Shown here: positions 60,149 through 64,000 of the stretch, piece after piece | How positions within the stretch are numbered: the stretch's first letter is position 1 | Layout of the letters: each line of letters starts with the position of its first letter | From: Planctomycetota bacterium | GTDB lineage: Bacteria > Planctomycetota > JAJSAM01 > JAJVHW01 | Assembly (NCBI GenBank): GCA_965248445.1 | Contig: CBDFJG010000004.1 | Location: forward strand, 1-64,000 | Length of the DNA: 64,000 nt | Direction: 5' to 3' | Translations under genes and position numbers: made by a program | The notes under the pieces: model-generated | The model's input: the letters and a program-made list of their open reading frames with translations, nothing else | Database searches by the model: none | Told to the model about the DNA's origin: nothing

Positions 60149-60634
60149 TCAGATCCCGGCGACTTCGAAGTAGCTGTCTTCGAGGAGGTCGAGGATCTCC
60201 TCGCCGGAGATGTCCACACGAGCGGGGATCTCGACGTAGCGCCACTCGGCGTCCGCCTTGATCCCGTCGTCGTCGTGCGCCATGCTCGACCAGTCGCTGC
60301 GGTTGATCCCGGCCTCGCTCAGCTTCAGGTAGAGCCGCACGTCGTCCGGCTCGAGCTTGTCCGACTTGCGGTCCCAGCCGTCGCCGTTGGGCCGGAGCAA
60401 GACGCCCGCGAAGAGGACAGGCGTCTTACGGCCCTCCTTCTTGCGCCCGAACGTCAGGTCGTACTGCGCGCCGTTCTGGCCGGCCTTGGCGCCCTGGTGG
60501 AGGACCACTCCGTCCAGATCCATGGCGATGCGGGTGACGCGCTCGAGCACCTCGTGCTCCCTCGTGGAGCGGCCTTCTGCGATGTCCTTGCGACCGTGCT
60601 CGCGCATCCAGGTGCGCGCCTTCTCGAGACTCAT
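60149..60634 (-). CDS. Hypothetical protein
   Basis: 161-aa ORF with GGGAG RBS and normal composition. Confidence 0.7.
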   Translation of the reverse strand: MSLEKARTWMREHGRKDIAEGRSTREHEVLERVTRIAMDLDGVVLHQGAKAGQNGAQYDLTFGRKKEGRKTPVLFAGVLLRPNGDGWDRKSDKLEPDDVRLYLKLSEAGINRSDWSSMAHDDDGIKADAEWRYVEIPARVDISGEEILDLLEDSYFEVAGI

Positions 60635-60870
60635 CTGCCACTCCCTCCAGCAGCGCCCCGAGCCTGCGTCGACGGCGTAGGACTCCTACGCACGAGGACC
60701 ATTGCAGGCAGCGGGACGCGAACCCTCGACCGGACGCGGCTGACGCCGCGGTCCCGTCTTCTCGCCGGGAGCCTACGGTACCGGAGTCGTCTGCCGAGGG
60801 GGAAAGAGGCCCCGGACGAGCCTGGAGCCGGTCCGCCAGCCTGCCCGGGGCGACATCGGGAGGCCGGGAC

Positions 60871-62013
60871 TCAGCGAACCAGCCCGACCGGCGCGTAGGC
60901 GTGTTCCGGGAAGACGGCCGATTGCTCGGTGGCCCCGAAGCGGGCCGCCAGCAGTTCCCACAGGAGGTCCCGGAAGTCCGTGGTGACCGTCAGGTCGCCG
61001 GGTCCCTCCGTGTCGTCCTCGGCGATGCCGGGCCAGTCGTTCGCGATGACCCGCCCCCGACAGACCTTCGTGTCGAGCACGAAGCCGCACGACGCCCGGC
61101 CGTGATCGGTGCCGAGCGACGCGTTCTCGTACACGCGGCGTCCGAACTCGGTCAGGCAGACCACGCTGACGTCGTCCCGCTGGGACCCGAGATCCACATC
61201 GAAGGCCGCCAGCGCGTCCGCGAGCTCCTTCAAGCGGCCCTCGAGCAGTGCGCCTTGACCGAAGTGCGTGTCGAATCCGCCGTGGTCGACCGCCGCGATC
61301 CGGAGGCCGACCCCGCCGCGGATGACCTGCGCCACCTGGGCGAGCGTGCGGCCGAGCCGCGTGTCGGGATAGCGGTTCGCCACCTCGTCGCCGGACTGGA
61401 CGTCCTCGATGCGCTGCAAGAGCGCGAGCGCGTCGCGACCGGAGCGGCGCAACAGCGCGTTCCCGTTGTCGAGACTCGGCAGGGGTTCCGCGTACAACGC
61501 GCCGAGCGCCTCGGCGAATGCGGCGTCGTGGCCCTTGCGCGTGCGCAGCCGGATGTCCGCGAGCGTCTCGACCGCAGTGACGGAGGGTGCGCCGCGGAGC
61601 GACTCGGGAACCGAGCGGCCGAACGCCAGTGCGGATAGCGCGCCGGGACGCGCGAGTGTGCGCAGCCAGCGCGCGGCCCAACCGCTGCCGAGCGGCGACT
61701 TGACGCTCGCGCCGTGCTCCATCTGGTCCTGCGCTTCGAAGTGTGAACGCGTGTCGTCGTCGGAGCCGAGCGCGTGCACGAAGTCGAGGCGTCCTTCGCG
61801 GAACGCGGGCAAGAGTGCTTCGAGACCCGGGTTCATGGCGAAGCGGTCGTCGAGCGGGATCGCACCGTCGGTCGTCTGCCCGGGCTTGCGCCGCGACAGC
61901 GCGATCGACGGGCGCCTCTTCATGTACGCGTCCTCGAACGTCGGGACGACGGCGTTCAAGCCGTCGAGTCCGCCGCGCAGGAAGACGACGACGAGTGTTC
62001 GTTGGTCGCTCAT
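60871..62013 (-). CDS. DUF1501 protein
   Basis: LVVVFLRGGLDGLN.VVP, RSHFEAQ, GGFDTH, TEFGRR..EN...GTDHG. Confidence 0.92.
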   Translation of the reverse strand: MSDQRTLVVVFLRGGLDGLNAVVPTFEDAYMKRRPSIALSRRKPGQTTDGAIPLDDRFAMNPGLEALLPAFREGRLDFVHALGSDDDTRSHFEAQDQMEHGASVKSPLGSGWAARWLRTLARPGALSALAFGRSVPESLRGAPSVTAVETLADIRLRTRKGHDAAFAEALGALYAEPLPSLDNGNALLRRSGRDALALLQRIEDVQSGDEVANRYPDTRLGRTLAQVAQVIRGGVGLRIAAVDHGGFDTHFGQGALLEGRLKELADALAAFDVDLGSQRDDVSVVCLTEFGRRVYENASLGTDHGRASCGFVLDTKVCRGRVIANDWPGIAEDDTEGPGDLTVTTDFRDLLWELLAARFGATEQSAVFPEHAYAPVGLVR

Positions 62014-62021
62014 GCCGTCTC

Positions 62022-63602
62022 CTAGTGCATCTGGAACGCCGGGCCCGCGATCAGCAGGGCCAGCGCTTCCGAACGTGCGGCGCCGCGTCCCTTCGCGGAC
62101 GCCTTCGCCACGTAGTCGTCAACTATCGTGCGTTCGTCGCGCGTCGCCTGCCGTCCGAGCATGAGCGGCGCGGCGTCGGCGGGCGACACGTTCTCTGGGT
62201 CGAGTCCCGCGCTCTTCGCGAGTGCCGGAAGATCCACGGCCGTGTTTCCGAGAGCGTTCGAGGTCAGGCGCAGCGCGAAGTTCCAGCGCCAGAGCAGCGT
62301 GCCCATGTACGGCTCCGCCTCGTCCGGGTATCCGTCCGGTGTGGGGTAGTGGTGGGGCACGTGGCCCAGCCGCTCGAGTGACGCGATCTCTTGCCTGTCT
62401 GCGACCGATTGTGCGCCGACAGCACGAAGCGCGGACGCCACGAACCGGAACGGCCGCTTCACGCGGACTCCGACGCTCGATGCAAACGCGTCGCTGGTCA
62501 GGATGTGCCGCACCACGGCGCGGATGTCGCCGTCAGTGCGCGTGAACATGTCGGTTGCCGAAGCGACGAGGTCCTCCGGCGGGTGATCCGCGACGAAGCG
62601 CCGGCAGAGCTTCCATGCGACGTACTTCGCGGTGCTCGGGTGCTTCGTGACGATCTCGATCAGGTCGTCGATGTCCGTTGCGCCGCCGCCGGCGGCGATG
62701 CGCGTGCCGAGCACGTTCTTCTCGCCGTCGTCGTGCCACTCCTTCCTGAACTCCGGCACGAACGCGCGCCGGATCTTGCGCTCCTCACCGTCGATGAACG
62801 CGATGCCGGTGATGTAGGCCCAGACCGCGCCGACGTCGTCGTTCTCACGCATGGTCCAGCCGGTGAGGCAGCGGGCCGCCTCCATGACGTCGTCCTGCGT
62901 GTAGCCGCCGTGCACGCCGAGCGTGTGCAGCTCCAGCAGTTCGCGCGCGTAGTTCTCGTTCGGCTGCTCGTCCTCCGACGCCTTGCGGTTCTTCTGACCG
63001 TCGAGGTAGATCAGCATCGCGGGGGAGAGCGCCGACGCGCGCACGAGGTCCCGGAACTTGCCGAGTGCGTGTGCGCGGATCACTGTTCGGTCGTCGAGCG
63101 GCTTCGTCTCGAGGCAACGACGCTTGCCGACGTCGATGGAGAAGTGATCGGTCCAGAAGTGGACCATCACCTCATGGAGCTGCCGGTTCGTGTGCACGGC
63201 CCGCATTAGCGTGGCCCGGTCGAGGTCGCGCCGAATCTGTGCGTTGCGGACGCTGAGCAGGTCGTGCGGTTCGTCGTGGATGCTCTCGAACAGAGAGAGC
63301 AGGCGGCCATCGAGTGCCTTGTCGCCGATGCGCTCGGGGTGCAGTTGCTCCCCGAGCCAGGCGTTCACGCCCTTCTCGCGGACTCGCGCGACGTCGCCCG
63401 GCCGGGGCCCGAACGCGGCGCGCGAGAGCATGTGGAACTCCGGGCCGATGGACTCGCCTGCCGTCAGGTCGAGTGCCTCAGGCAGAGGGTCGAGTTCGCC
63501 GGCGAGGAACGACGTAGCGCCGTCGCAGCCCGGCAGCGTCGAGAGCGCCGCTGCCGCCGCTGTCCAGCGCAGCAGTTCGCGCCGTGTGGTGCCATCGTTC
63601 AC
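62022..63602 (-). CDS. DUF1800 protein (Tat/lipoprotein-like signal)
   Basis: TRRELL; FWTDHF, SPAMLIYLD, NENYARELLELHTLG, YTQDDV, LTGW. Confidence 0.93.
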   Translation of the reverse strand: MNDGTTRRELLRWTAAAAALSTLPGCDGATSFLAGELDPLPEALDLTAGESIGPEFHMLSRAAFGPRPGDVARVREKGVNAWLGEQLHPERIGDKALDGRLLSLFESIHDEPHDLLSVRNAQIRRDLDRATLMRAVHTNRQLHEVMVHFWTDHFSIDVGKRRCLETKPLDDRTVIRAHALGKFRDLVRASALSPAMLIYLDGQKNRKASEDEQPNENYARELLELHTLGVHGGYTQDDVMEAARCLTGWTMRENDDVGAVWAYITGIAFIDGEERKIRRAFVPEFRKEWHDDGEKNVLGTRIAAGGGATDIDDLIEIVTKHPSTAKYVAWKLCRRFVADHPPEDLVASATDMFTRTDGDIRAVVRHILTSDAFASSVGVRVKRPFRFVASALRAVGAQSVADRQEIASLERLGHVPHHYPTPDGYPDEAEPYMGTLLWRWNFALRLTSNALGNTAVDLPALAKSAGLDPENVSPADAAPLMLGRQATRDERTIVDDYVAKASAKGRGAARSEALALLIAGPAFQMH

Positions 63603-64000
63603 GCTGCGGCCACCGCTTCGGTGTGCGGCATGACGCGCAATTCGCGGACGGCCTCGCGGCGCTTGTCGGCCTGGAAGATCGCCATCACCGCCGCACCTGA
63701 ACCCATGATCAGCGCGAGCGGCAGCAAGAAGAACCAGCCGAGCACCGGCACGACGTACGCGAGTTCGGACGCCACGGCGCCGCGCAGCAAACGGCGTGAC
63801 GGCGCCTTCGCGTCGAGGGACGACCCGAGCCCGGTCCCGACTGTGTGGGAGACCGCCGCGAGACCGGCCGCCAGCAGCATCGCCACGGCGAGCAGCGGGA
63901 ACAGCGCGATGATCTTCGCTCCGCCGGGGAGCGCGCCCGTCGCGACCCCCAGCAGGGCGGTGAACACCACGGCGCCGAGACCGATGCCGCACGCGGCGAG
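63599..64000 (-). CDS. Membrane protein, C-terminal part
   Basis: Hydrophobic helices, VPVLGW; coupled to DUF1800 start. Confidence 0.6.
   Translation of the reverse strand, partial: LAACGIGLGAVVFTALLGVATGALPGGAKIIALFPLLAVAMLLAAGLAAVSHTVGTGLGSSLDAKAPSRRLLRGAVASELAYVVPVLGWFFLLPLALIMGSGAAVMAIFQADKRREAVRELRVMPHTEAVAAA

Noticed and set aside
60640..60870. ncRNA or riboswitch in a hairpin-rich intergenic region
   Set aside because: No SRP, 6S, tmRNA or riboswitch consensus recognised; an Rfam scan would be needed

Overview
High-GC bacterial DNA, probably Planctomycetota (inferred from gene content: PEGA-murD, mcsAB, DUF1501/DUF1800, Ser/Thr kinase-FGE fusion). The window has three parts. (1) About 1-25270 is an integrated phage-like element ending at the 3' end of tRNA-Pro(CGG). 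A leftward packaging operon encodes HNH, a ParB-like protein, a ParB-DNA methyltransferase, TerS and a TerL carrying a class 3 intein, but no portal, capsid or tail genes follow it. A rightward operon encodes an ECF-like sigma factor, a PD-(D/E)XK nuclease, an AAA_24 ATPase, DUF669, an ERCC4 nuclease, RecD2, an AEP primase-ATPase, an excisionase and a tyrosine integrase. Both operons begin just after the same 49-bp motif. Between them lie an iteron-rich origin-like region and a lone integron-type gene cassette. (2) About 23450-35370 is an IS graveyard (IS66 copies, three IS1380, one IS1595) that disrupts merR, a secreted metallophosphoesterase, a secreted repeat protein and an aldehyde:ferredoxin oxidoreductase. 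(3) About 35370-64000 is host chromosome: thiI, a kinase/lipoprotein/beta-helix/NHL/ABC operon, GT2 and sulfotransferase, carbonic anhydrase, murD, mcsA-mcsB, REP repeats and DUF1501/DUF1800. All family calls come from reading motifs by eye; no database searches were run.
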